Assembly (NCBI GenBank): GCA_031409335.1
Contig: JANNWY010000307.1
Span: 78,407 to 142,406 of the forward strand
DNA length: 64,000 nucleotides
From: Chthoniobacteraceae bacterium
GTDB taxonomy: Bacteria; Verrucomicrobiota; Verrucomicrobiia; Chthoniobacterales; Chthoniobacteraceae
Direction: 5' to 3'
The stretch's first letter is position 1. Each line of letters begins with the position of its first letter. A program made the translations under genes and the position numbers. The notes beneath the pieces were generated by a model. It worked only from the letters and a program-made list of their open reading frames with translations, was not told where the DNA came from and did no database searches. Shown piece by piece: positions 1 through 10,500 of this stretch.

Positions 1-2
1 CC

Positions 3-3000
3 GGCCGGTCAAACAAGTTCGACCTCAACGGCTTCAGCCAAACACTCGGCGGACTACAAAACACTGCGGCCAACTCAAGAACCCAGCAGATACTCAACTC
101 CTCCACCACCGCCACGCTCACGATCAACAACACCGCCGACTACACCTTTTCCGGTGATATCGACGGCACCAATCTCAGCCTGACCAAAACGGGCTCCGGC
201 ACGCAGACTCTCTCGGGCACCAACAGCTACACCGGCACCACCACCCTCAACGCAGGCAAACTACGGGGAGTCGTCGGCGGAAATTGTGTGAACTCTGCCG
301 TCACCCTCAACAACTCCGCAACGACTCTCGGCGTTTCCATTTCTGACAACACCAAGATCTGGACCTGTGCCGCCCTCACCACCAGCGCCGCAGGGAAATT
401 GGAGTTCGACTTCGGCGCCATCCTGCCCGGAACCATCAGTCCGCTGACCATCACGGGGCTGGCGAGTTTTGCGACAACCCCCACGGTGCGCGTCATCGTG
501 AGCACTGGCCTCGCGCCGGGCACCTATCCGTTGATTTCGTGGGGCTCTACGTCCGGGACGGTTCCTTCGGTGGTGTCCGTGTTGAAGCCGGATGGGACAA
601 ACGGTCTCGCTGGCGGCACCGTGGCCAGCCTCAGCGTGGTCGGCACCAAACTCAATCTGGTCATCACCGCCAACGTATCCACGCTCACCAAGGCCAACAA
701 CGCGACCAACCTCAATGTCGGCACCAGTTGGGTTGGCAATCTGGCACCGGGCTTGGCCTCCACCGCTAGGTGGAACAGTACAGTCACCGCCGCCAACACC
801 ACCGTCCTGGGTGCGAATATGACTTGGGCTGGCATCATCGTCGCAAATCCCACTGGCACGGTGACCATCAACGCGGGTCACACGCTCACTCTCGGAGAAA
901 ATGACAATGACATTGATCTGAGCGCGGCCACCGCCAACCTGACTTTGAACTGCCCGCTCACGCTCGGCGACGCCAACGTCTGGAATGTCACCACGGGGCG
1001 GACATTGACCATCGGTGGCGTAGTTTCCGGTGCCTTCCCCGTCACCAAAGAAGGTGCAGGCACGGCGATCCTTTCCGGGACAAACACCTACACCGGTGAC
1101 ACCGCGATCTCCGCGAACTCCGGCACACTTGATATTGGCGGAGCTGGCAAGCTCGGCAATGGGACTTACGCCGGAGCCATCGAAATCGGAAGTGGCTCGC
1201 TTTTCAAATACAGCAGCAGCGCCGCCCAGACACTCAGCGGAGCCATCAGCGGAGCGGGGGCAATTATTAAAAACACTGGCACCAGCACGCTGACACTCAG
1301 CGGCGCAAACACCTCCTTCACCGGAGCCCTTACAGTCAATGCTGGCACGCTTAGCTTGGGCCACATCAATGCCTTGGGCGGCACCAGTGCAATCACACTC
1401 ACTGGTGGCACCACGCTTTCCACCAGCACCACTGGCATATCCACGAACGCGCCGATCACTCTGGGCGCCACTGGCACCGATTCCACGGTGGCATTTGGTC
1501 GGGCCACAGCGGCCACGGGCTCGATCACACTCAACGGCTCAATCAGCGGCGCTGGCGATCTGATCTTTACCACGCCCAACAATAGTAGCGGCAACAACCT
1601 GCAAACCATCTTGCTCGGATCGACGAATACCTACAGCGGCAGCACCCTCATCACGACCGGAAATACAGGCAACACCATGACGGTCAAATCCGGAGTCGCC
1701 AACGCTTTGCCGACGACCACCGTGCTCACCTTGGACGGCGGCAACGGCAGCGGCACCGGTCGGACGACCTCGTATGATCTAAACGGCTACAACCAAACCC
1801 TCGCTGGCCTGACTAACACCACGGGCCTGACATTGCGCAACCAGAGAATTTTCAACAGCGGCGGCGAAGCTGCGATACTCGCGATCAACAATTCCGCGAG
1901 CTACAGCTTTTCCGGCAACATCAACGGTGCCGGCCTGGAGTTGCTCAAATCGGGTGCTGGCACCCAGACTCTCTCGGGTGCGAACACCTACAACGGCAGC
2001 ACCACGATCAGCGCAGGCATCCTCAGCCTCGGCCACAGCCAAGCGATGCAAAACAGTGCGTTGGAAACATTCGACAGCGTCGCGGGCAACGCGACCAGCG
2101 GCCTCAGAACCACGGTGACCACTTTGACGCTCGGCGGACTCACCGGCGACAGAGCCCTCGCTTCCGTCTTCACGACCACTTCCGGCGGGTACTCGGGAGT
2201 GACCGCGCTGACGCTGAATCCCGACACCGGAGCCACCCACAGCTACTCCGGCATCATCGCCAACGGAGCCGCCGGCATGACCCTCTCCAAGACCGGTCTA
2301 GGCACCCAGATCCTCTCCGGGGCTGACACCTACACCGGCCTGACCAATGTCACTGCGGGCACCCTGACGCTTTCTGGCAACCGCACAACTCAGGCGACCG
2401 GTGGTTTCAGTATCGGCACGGTGACCGGGAGCACAGGCACTTTGAACGTCACGAACGGCGCATTCACGGTTGGAACCTCTGGATCGAATTTTCTCGTCGG
2501 CAACGGCACCGACAGCACAGGCATCCTCAATCAATCCGGCGGCAGCCTGACGACCATCGGCAACCAGTTGCTAGTCGGGAATGGTGATTCCACCGGCATC
2601 TACAATCTCAGCGCAGGAACGCTCACCACGGTCGCCGGTTCACTCGGCGTCACAATCGGAGTCAACACGGGTGCCACTGCCACCTTCAACCTCAGCGGCA
2701 CGGGCACACTCACCATGCCCGCGGACTCCACTCTGCAAATCTGCCGCTCGGATAGTAACGCGGCATCAGGCGTGACCGGCACCTTTTCACAGACAGGTGG
2801 AACCGCCACGGTTGGAATCCTTCAGATGGGTGGCAGCGCTACGACCCCTGCCAACAATGCCAATGCCAATGCCACTCTGAGCCTCGCTGGGGGCAGTTTC
2901 TCGGTCACGACGTTCAGCGTCCTCTCGGGTGCCGACAACAGCACCTCCACGATCAACATCGGCGGCACGGCCATTGTCACCCTGCCCGCCTTCCCGACCG

Positions 3001-3995
3001 TGCGCGGCTCGGGTTCCACGGCGACCCTCTATTTCGACGGCGGCATCCTCAAATCGCTCGCCTCCAGCACCGCCTACCTCGGCGGCCTCACCAATGCCTT
3101 CATCAAGGCCGGCGGCGCCACCTTCGATACCACCAATGGCAGCATCACCATCAGCCAGACCCTCCTGACGGATGCAGTCTCCACCGGCGGCGGCCTCACC
3201 AAGAATGGGTCCAACACTCTCACCCTCACTGGCGCGAACACCTACACTGGTGACACGACCGTCACCGCTGGCTCGCTGGCCTTGGGCGCGAGCAACGTCC
3301 TGCCCGACAGCGCGGCGGTCTCCATCGGCAACGCCACACTCGATGCGGCGACCTTTACCGACACCGTCGGAACCCTAGACGTCACGGGCACATCCACCAT
3401 CAATCTAGGTGCCAGTCCCGCCCTGGCCTTCGCCAACAGCAGCGCGATCGACTGGACCGGCGGCACGCTCAATCTCACTGGAACCTTCGTATCCGGCGCG
3501 TCCCTCCGCTTCGGCACGAATAGCAGTGGCCTGACACCCACCCAGCTTACCCTCATCTCAGCACCCGGATTCAATTCCTTCGCCCTGAATGCAAGCGGCT
3601 ACCTAACGGCCAGCGTGCCAACCGCTTTCTCCTCGTGGATCACCGGCACCTTCACCGGCGGGGCGAGCGTCCCGGTGAATCAGCAAGGCCCCAATGACGA
3701 CCCCGACAACGACGGCATCAGCAATCTCCTGGAATACGCCGTGGCCGGTCAGGATCCGACGGTATCTAGCGCCTCCGTCGGCACCTTCAGCGACAACACC
3801 CTCAGCTTCACCAAGCGCCCCGGCACCAGCGGCCTTACCTACTCGATTCAGGACTCCACCGACCTCGGCGTGACCGACGCTTGGACGGAGGTCGCGGCCG
3901 GCTCCTACGTGAACAGCGCGACCACCATCTCCTACACCCTCACACCGGGCACCCCGGTGAGCTACTTCCTGCGTCTCCTGATCCTGCAGAACTGA
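3..3995 (+). CDS. Autotransporter-associated beta-strand repeat surface protein, 5'-partial, with Verrucomicrobia-type C-terminal domain (no beta-barrel, no PEP-CTERM)
   Basis: Frame is open from nt 3 (GRSNKFDLNGFSQTLGGL...) into the 288..3995 ORF. Many LTKxGxGTxxLSGxNTYTG repeats. C-terminus FSSW...DDPDNDGISNLLEYA...YFLRL. Confidence 0.9.
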   Translation, partial: GRSNKFDLNGFSQTLGGLQNTAANSRTQQILNSSTTATLTINNTADYTFSGDIDGTNLSLTKTGSGTQTLSGTNSYTGTTTLNAGKLRGVVGGNCVNSAVTLNNSATTLGVSISDNTKIWTCAALTTSAAGKLEFDFGAILPGTISPLTITGLASFATTPTVRVIVSTGLAPGTYPLISWGSTSGTVPSVVSVLKPDGTNGLAGGTVASLSVVGTKLNLVITANVSTLTKANNATNLNVGTSWVGNLAPGLASTARWNSTVTAANTTVLGANMTWAGIIVANPTGTVTINAGHTLTLGENDNDIDLSAATANLTLNCPLTLGDANVWNVTTGRTLTIGGVVSGAFPVTKEGAGTAILSGTNTYTGDTAISANSGTLDIGGAGKLGNGTYAGAIEIGSGSLFKYSSSAAQTLSGAISGAGAIIKNTGTSTLTLSGANTSFTGALTVNAGTLSLGHINALGGTSAITLTGGTTLSTSTTGISTNAPITLGATGTDSTVAFGRATAATGSITLNGSISGAGDLIFTTPNNSSGNNLQTILLGSTNTYSGSTLITTGNTGNTMTVKSGVANALPTTTVLTLDGGNGSGTGRTTSYDLNGYNQTLAGLTNTTGLTLRNQRIFNSGGEAAILAINNSASYSFSGNINGAGLELLKSGAGTQTLSGANTYNGSTTISAGILSLGHSQAMQNSALETFDSVAGNATSGLRTTVTTLTLGGLTGDRALASVFTTTSGGYSGVTALTLNPDTGATHSYSGIIANGAAGMTLSKTGLGTQILSGADTYTGLTNVTAGTLTLSGNRTTQATGGFSIGTVTGSTGTLNVTNGAFTVGTSGSNFLVGNGTDSTGILNQSGGSLTTIGNQLLVGNGDSTGIYNLSAGTLTTVAGSLGVTIGVNTGATATFNLSGTGTLTMPADSTLQICRSDSNAASGVTGTFSQTGGTATVGILQMGGSATTPANNANANATLSLAGGSFSVTTFSVLSGADNSTSTINIGGTAIVTLPAFPTVRGSGSTATLYFDGGILKSLASSTAYLGGLTNAFIKAGGATFDTTNGSITISQTLLTDAVSTGGGLTKNGSNTLTLTGANTYTGDTTVTAGSLALGASNVLPDSAAVSIGNATLDAATFTDTVGTLDVTGTSTINLGASPALAFANSSAIDWTGGTLNLTGTFVSGASLRFGTNSSGLTPTQLTLISAPGFNSFALNASGYLTASVPTAFSSWITGTFTGGASVPVNQQGPNDDPDNDGISNLLEYAVAGQDPTVSSASVGTFSDNTLSFTKRPGTSGLTYSIQDSTDLGVTDAWTEVAAGSYVNSATTISYTLTPGTPVSYFLRLLILQN

Positions 3996-4013
3996 AGAGC
4001 GGATTCCTCCTCT

Positions 4014-4048
4014 TTCCATCAGCAATCCAAAATCCACCATCCCGCCTC
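4014..4048. repeat. Degenerate heptamer tandem tract
   Basis: TTCCATC AGCAATC CAAAATC CACCATC CCGCCTC just after the stop codon. Confidence 0.45.
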
Positions 4049-4081
4049 ACCCGACATCTTGTGAGCACAGTCACCAAACCA

Positions 4082-4273
4082 CTATCGCCCGCCGCCATGA
4101 ACCACGCCCCTTCGTCCAAGCCCGCTATCCTCCACGCGCCACAGCTTTTCATTCCCCTCCCAGCCCGCGAGCGTTTTGCCATCAAACATCGGCGTGGTTT
4201 TCCCCACCGGAGGAGGCGGCTCGGCGTGGAGGGTGAATGAGCCAAAGACGAGGAGGACGAGCAGGGGTTTCAT
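4082..4273 (-). pseudogene. N-terminal fragment of a DUF1080 (3-keto-disaccharide hydrolase-like) protein
   Basis: Signal peptide MKPLLVLLVFGSFTLHA, then MFDGKTLAGWEGNEKLWRVED, typical of a DUF1080 start. Stops after about 63 aa. Confidence 0.7.
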
Positions 4274-4364
4274 GGATGGAAAGGTTGCTTGGTGTGAATC
4301 CGATCGTCGAGGTTGTCTTGGGGAAAGTCGGGCAACGCATGCGCCCATCCGCGCGGCGCGAATT

Positions 4365-4402
4365 TCCATCAAATCGTTGCTTCAACGTCATCACGATGTC
4401 AC
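4365..4402 (+). promoter_or_regulatory. Pho-box-like 11-bp-periodic direct repeats upstream of phoD
   Basis: TCCATCAAATC GTTGCTTCAAC GTCATCACGAT GTCAC; GTCAT and GTCAC are exactly 11 bp apart. Confidence 0.55.
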
Positions 4403-4452
4403 GGCGCTCCACTTCACTCGGAGGAGCTTTTCAAACCACAAACCCTGCACCC

Positions 4453-6237
4453 ATGAAACACGCTCCGAATATCCTGCTCGCTTCCATCTCTTCACTCGCT
4501 GCTGCCGCCGTCGCGCTGCCGATCGCGGCTCGCGCGGAGCTGCCGCTCGGGGTCGCCGCGGGCGATACGACCCAGACTTCCTCCGTCCTCTGGGGAAAGG
4601 CGAATGCGCCCGGGGCCGTCGCCTTTGACATCGCGACGGACGCCGCCTTTACCAACATCGTCGGTTCGCAATCCGTAACGGTGCTCGACGCCACGCTGCC
4701 TGCGAAGTGGGACGTGAGCGGGCTGGCGGCGGGAACGCAATATTACTACCGCGCGTCGGACGATGGCGGGGCGAGCTTTTCGCGGGGACTGTTCCGCACT
4801 TTTGAAAATGCCGGCGTCGGCGCGGGCGTTCACTTTGGCGTGAGCGGCGACTGGCGCGGGGAACTCGGCTCGTACCCGGCGGTGGCAAATGCCGCGGGTC
4901 GCAATCTGGATTTCTTCGTGGCGCTCGGGGACACGATCTATGGCGATGTCGCTTCGCCAGCTTCGGCAGGCTTCACGAATCCAAACCAGGCTCAGACGCT
5001 GGCGGAGTATCGCGCGAAACACGCGGAGGGTTACGGGCCGGGCCTGACGGGGACGAGCACGCTGGCGGCGCTGCGCGCTTCGACTTCCACGTTCGTCACA
5101 ATCGACGATCACGAGGTGACGAACGATTTCGCGGGTGGCGCGCTCATTTCCAGCGATGCGCGTTTTACCGGGACACCCACCGATCGCATCAATGACAGCG
5201 CGCTTTACAACAACGGGCGGCAGGCGTTTCAGGAATACAATCCCGTGCGCGACTTGAGCTATGGCGTGGTGGGTGGCGATGGCCGGATGGATGGGGAAAA
5301 GAAGCTTTATCGCGCCCAGCAGTTTGGCAGCAAGGCGGCGATGTTCATGCTGGATGCGCGTTCGTTTCGCGACAAGGAGGCGGTGCTCAGCGGGCCGGGT
5401 GCAAATCCCGGCGAGGTCTTCGTGCCGGGTCGCACGATGCTGGGCAGCCAGCAACTCGCGGACGTGAAAGCGGACCTGCTCTCCGCGCAAGGCAGCGGAG
5501 TAACGTGGAAATTCGTGATGGTGCCCGAGCCGATGCAGCAGCTCGGCGCGATCGGTGCGGCAGACCGTTTCGAGGGTTACTTTTCCGAACGCAACGACCT
5601 GCTTTCCTTCATCGACGCGAACGACATCCAGAATGTGGTCTTCGTCGCGGCGGACATTCACGGGACGGTGCTGAACGATGTGAACTATTCGAGCACTGGT
5701 TTCCCCGGAGGCGCGACGCTCCCGAGCGGTGCGTTCGAGATCACGACTGGGTCGGTTGCGTATGACAAGCCATTCACGCCCACCGTCATCGACCTCGCGG
5801 AGGGGGCCGGACTTATCCCGCCCGCCACGGCTGCGTTTCTGCGGAGCCTTCCACCCGCGGCGCAGGATGCGCAGGTCGCAAATATCATCAACTCCGCGAT
5901 CGCGAACGACGCGCTCTTCGGCCCGCTCGACCCACTCGGCCTGGAACTCGGGGAAGGCATCGACTTCAACATGCTGCAAGGACCGGCGAATGGGTTCGTG
6001 GGTTCGACCTTCGGCTGGACGGAATTCGATATCGCAGCCGATGGGTTGCTGACAGTGACGACCTGGGGCGTCCCCGCGTACGATCTCGCCGACCTGCAAG
6101 CGAACCCAGCCGCCATCGCCGCGCTCACGCCAACGATTCAGAGCCAGTTCACCGTCGCGCCCGTGCCCGAACCGACTTCCGCGAGTTTGCTCCTGGCAAG
6201 TTTGTGCGGATGGCTCGGACGGCGCCGCCGCCGTTGA
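4453..6237 (+). CDS. phoD: Alkaline phosphatase D family protein with PEP-CTERM anchor
   Basis: Signal peptide, GVAAGD, LGDTIYGD, DDHEVTND, LDARSFRD and ADIHG motifs. C-terminal VPEPTSASLLLASLCGWLGRRRRR. Confidence 0.92.
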   Translation: MKHAPNILLASISSLAAAAVALPIAARAELPLGVAAGDTTQTSSVLWGKANAPGAVAFDIATDAAFTNIVGSQSVTVLDATLPAKWDVSGLAAGTQYYYRASDDGGASFSRGLFRTFENAGVGAGVHFGVSGDWRGELGSYPAVANAAGRNLDFFVALGDTIYGDVASPASAGFTNPNQAQTLAEYRAKHAEGYGPGLTGTSTLAALRASTSTFVTIDDHEVTNDFAGGALISSDARFTGTPTDRINDSALYNNGRQAFQEYNPVRDLSYGVVGGDGRMDGEKKLYRAQQFGSKAAMFMLDARSFRDKEAVLSGPGANPGEVFVPGRTMLGSQQLADVKADLLSAQGSGVTWKFVMVPEPMQQLGAIGAADRFEGYFSERNDLLSFIDANDIQNVVFVAADIHGTVLNDVNYSSTGFPGGATLPSGAFEITTGSVAYDKPFTPTVIDLAEGAGLIPPATAAFLRSLPPAAQDAQVANIINSAIANDALFGPLDPLGLELGEGIDFNMLQGPANGFVGSTFGWTEFDIAADGLLTVTTWGVPAYDLADLQANPAAIAALTPTIQSQFTVAPVPEPTSASLLLASLCGWLGRRRRR

Positions 6238-7270
6238 GCGCAGCCCGAGTCGCGGGAGGTTTGCCTCCTTTGCCGTAGATTGAAGTTGGCCGGGAAATTC
6301 TCGCGGTCTGATCTCGGTCGGCGGGCGTGGCTGACTCGCTGGCCAGCGCGCCGCAGCGCAAGCCCCGGCGGCTCACGGTCAGGGAATCGAAATCCAGGCA
6401 CGCGAGCGCCGTGTCAAAGATTGCGGCACCGGTCAGGATCACGTCGGCGCGCTTCTCTGGCAGACCAGCGATCAGTTTCCGCTCGCGCAAGGAGAGCTGC
6501 CAGAGGCGTTCGGTGTGAAAATGAACCTCGCTGCGCGACATTTGCAGTGTCGGGATTTTCCCATCACGCCGCCTGCCGCCTGCCTGCATGGTGGCGAGGC
6601 AGATCGCCGTGCCGCCGGTTCCGAAGAATTGGAAATCGTGTGCCGCGGACCCCAGTTCGGATCGCACGTCGGGCGCGACGGACGCGGTGAAAAACTGTTC
6701 TAGGAATTCCGTGCACCGTTCCCGATCTCCGGCGGTCGGCGGATCGCTCATCGGCAGCATTTCCATGAACCGGACTGTCCCCAATTGATAGCTCCGACGG
6801 AATCGAATCCGGTCTCCGCTCGATACGATCAACTCCGTGCTCCCCCCACCCACGTCCAAAATTACGAGTGATTTTCCGGTGATCGCCGGATCGGAGGCCA
6901 CGCCGCGATGGACCAGTTCCGCCTCACGCACGCCAGAGATCACCTCCAGCGGGAGACCGGTTCGCGCCAGCACCAGCGCTTCGAATTCACCGCGATTGAG
7001 GGCATCGCGAACGGCGCTGGTGGCGACGAGGCGGATCGACTGCGGTTGAAAGTGCGCGGCGCGTTCGATGAGTTCCTTGATGGCAAAAATCGCGGCATTC
7101 ATCGACTCGGGCTGAAGGCTCCGCGACAGATAAAGGCCCGTGCCGAGACGCGCGGAATTTTTGGCGGTGGCATCAAGAACCGGCGTCACCGCTTCCGGGG
7201 TCACGCTGGCCACCAGAAGTTTTACCGAATTCGTGCCGAGGTCGATGACCGCTTTGATTTCTGGATTCAT
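6149..7270 (-). CDS. ppx: Ppx/GppA family exopolyphosphatase
   Basis: AVIDLGTNSVKL, ATSAVRDA, DVGGGSTE, GTGGT and RADVI motifs. Confidence 0.92.
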   Translation of the reverse strand: MNPEIKAVIDLGTNSVKLLVASVTPEAVTPVLDATAKNSARLGTGLYLSRSLQPESMNAAIFAIKELIERAAHFQPQSIRLVATSAVRDALNRGEFEALVLARTGLPLEVISGVREAELVHRGVASDPAITGKSLVILDVGGGSTELIVSSGDRIRFRRSYQLGTVRFMEMLPMSDPPTAGDRERCTEFLEQFFTASVAPDVRSELGSAAHDFQFFGTGGTAICLATMQAGGRRRDGKIPTLQMSRSEVHFHTERLWQLSLRERKLIAGLPEKRADVILTGAAIFDTALACLDFDSLTVSRRGLRCGALASESATPADRDQTARISRPTSIYGKGGKPPATRAALNGGGAVRAIRTNLPGANSRKSVRARARR

Positions 7271-7380
7271 GGTGGCCAGTGATTTGAGGCGGAGCGTCCG
7301 GTGCTTTCCACCGAGATTCTTTGTTACGGACCTATATCAAACGAATGGTGGCCTCATTGAGATGCGTCAAATGCGTCAAT

Positions 7381-7407
7381 ATCACGATTTGATGGCGTTC
7401 TGATGAC
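7381..7407 (-). promoter_or_regulatory. Pho-box-like repeats upstream of ppx
   Basis: Minus strand reads GTCATCAGAAC GCCATCAAATC GTGAT and shares the 12-mer CCATCAAATCGT with the phoD upstream region. Confidence 0.5.
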
Positions 7408-7537
7408 GGCGGAGGGTTTCGATGTCCAGACCGACAAGCCGCGACACCCAAACGCCACGAAATCTTCACGAACCGGCGCTCAACGAACTGCCTAAAATGC
7501 GCTTTATTGAAAGCGCAGTTTCGGCCTCCCCAAATCT

Positions 7538-10500
7538 ATGAGAACTCGATTCTTACCGTTCGCCGCCGCGCTACTCATTCAATGCGGCACGGTCCTTTCA
7601 CAAACTGGCGGGCTCAATGCGCCGCAGCCGGTCGCGCCGTTTCTGAATGGCGTTTTCCCGGCGACTTCACCGGGCGAGGCGACCGGGTGGACGACGGTCA
7701 ATGCGTTTCCCAATCTCACGTTCGTCGATCCGATCTGGCTCACGCCCTATCCCGGCACGAACAATCTCGTGGTCGCGGGAAAGAACGGGGAAATCTGGCT
7801 CTTTAACAACAACCCCAACGTGGCGGCGGCGACGCGGATTCTGGATCTCCGCACGAAGGTTCAGACGGAAGGCGATCAAGGATTGTATTGCCTCGTGTTT
7901 CATCCGCAGTTCGGTCAGGCCGGATCGCCGAACCGCGGCTATATCTATATTAGTTACAACCATCGCCCGGCGCTGGCTGGCGCGGGGCCGGATGCGAGCT
8001 ATCAGCGGCTGTCGCGCTTTACCATTCCCGATGGCAGTAACATCCCGGACGCGGCTTCCGAGCAGGTGCTCATTCATCAATACGATCCGCAGTCTTGGCA
8101 CAATGGCGGGGCGATGTTGTTTGGGCCGGATGGGTTTCTCTATTTGACGAACGGCGACGGCGGAAACTCGAACGATTCCTATAACAATTCGCAACGCATC
8201 GACTTCGGGCTGTTCAGCGGTGTGCTGCGCATCGACGTGGATCGCGATCCGGCGCGGAGCCATCCGATCCGGCGGCAGCCGCAGGATGCAGGTCGCCCGG
8301 CTGGCTGGCCGGTGAGTTTCACGGCGAATTATTACATTCCAAATGACAACCCGTGGCTCGATCCGGCGGGCACGATCCTGGAGGAATTTTATACGGTCGG
8401 CCTGCGCAGTCCCCACGCGATGCATCGCGACGCGGTGACTGGCGACATCTGGCTGGGTGATGTGGGTCAGGGGACGCAGGAGGAGATCAGCCTCGTCGTG
8501 CGGGGCGGGAATAATCAGTGGGCCTTTCGCGAAGGCGCGGTGGCCGGGCCGAAGGCGCGCCCGGCGGTGCTCATTGGCACGGAGCAGCCGCCGGTGCATT
8601 CGTACGGACGCGGAGTGGGTTCGTGCGTGATCGGTGGGCTCGTTTATCGCGGACCCGAGTTCGCGACGGCGCTGGGTGGAAAGTACCTTTTCGGCGATCA
8701 CGTCGCGGGCGTGATTTGGGCGATGACCTACACACCGGGTCAGCCGCCGCAGATCACGACGCTGTGCAATTTTCCCACGGGAAACAAAGCGGGGCTGGCG
8801 AACTTCTGCGAGGACGCGAGCGGCAACGTGTATCTGATGAATCTCGCGGGCACGAATGTCGCGGGCGGCACGATCCGCAAGCTCGCGAATACCGGCCTTT
8901 CGCCCGAGCCGCCGGCGCTGCTTTCGCAAACCGGCGCATTTTCAAATCTCGCCACGCTCGCGCCCGCGGCGGGCCTCCTGCCCTACGACATCGGCTCGCC
9001 GCTCTGGTCGGATGGCGCGGAGAAATGGCGCTGGATCGCGCTGCCGAATGACGGCTCGCACAACACGGCGGCGGAGAAGATTGTTTTCAGCGAAAAGGGC
9101 AACTGGGTTTTCCCGGCGGGCACCGTTTTCGTGAAGCACTTCGAGCTGCCGATCGACGAGGGAAATCCGCTGCTGGCGAAACGTCTCGAAACGCGCTTCC
9201 TCATCGCGACCGCGCGCGGCGGCCACTACGGCGTGACGTATCGCTGGAACGCCACGGGCACGGAGGCGACGCTGCTGCAGACGGGTGAATCGGCGATCAT
9301 TTCCATCGCCACGAGCGGTGGCGGAACGCGAATGCAGCAGTGGGATTTCCCCAGCCGCAATGACTGTCTGCGCTGCCACAATCTCGCCTCTGGCCAGGCG
9401 CTCGGCGTGCGCACCGCGCCGCTCGATCACGATTATTTCTACCCGCCGACCGGACGCACCGCGAACCAGCTCCGCACCTGGAATGCGCTCGGCATGTTCG
9501 ACCGCACGCTCAATTCCACCGAGATCGACAACTTCATGGCGTCGCGCGCGCTTACCGACACCGCGGCACCGCTGGAGCATCGCGTGCGCTCGTACCTCGA
9601 CTCGAACTGCTCGCACTGCCATCGCCCCGGCGGCGCGTTCGATGGCTTCGATGCGCGGCTCGGCACGCCGCTCAGCACGCAGAATCTGATCAACGGATTG
9701 CTCACCGGAAATTTCAGCAGCAATCCAAATCATCGCTACCTCCGGCCCGGTGATTTGGCGAACTCGATCGTGCATCTGCGGGCCTCGCAGGCCGGCCCAA
9801 ACAACGGCGTGGCCATGCCGCCGCTGGCGAAAAACAAAGTCGATGACACGGCGGTGCAGGCGCTTGCGGCTTACATCGGCTCGATCACTGAAGCGGAGTT
9901 CGACTCGACTTACACGGTCGCCCGCTACGTGCGGCTGATCGGCGATTCCGAGATGTTTGGCAATCCGTGGACGACCATCGCCGAACTCACCATCCTCCGG
10001 GGTTCGGGTCAGCCGATTCCACAATCGGATTACATCGTGACAGTCGATGCCGAGGAGCCCGACGGCCTCGGCATCTACGCCGTCGATGGCAACCCGGACA
10101 CGCTCTGGCACACGAGCTGGCGCGACAGCGATCCGCCGCATCCGCACACTTTCACCGTCGATCTCGGCGAGCTGACGACGGTCGGCGGTTTCCGCTATTT
10201 GCCGCGGCAGGACATGGCGAATGGGCGGATCAAAGACTGGCGCTTCCAGATCAGCACGGATGGCGTGACTTGGACGCAGGCGGGTGCGGGGCAGTTCACG
10301 GACGGCACCGATCTGAAAATTTTCGACACGCTCGTCGGCGGGATTCGTCCGGCGCGCGCTTCGCTGGCCGGTCCGTCGGGAACGGTGGGCGGTGAATTCG
10401 AGGTCACGCTCACTTTCGATTTCGATGTGACCGGAATGACAGCGGGAGATTTCGCGGTGACGAATGGCGCGCTGACCGGGCTGCGCGGCAGCGGGCATTA

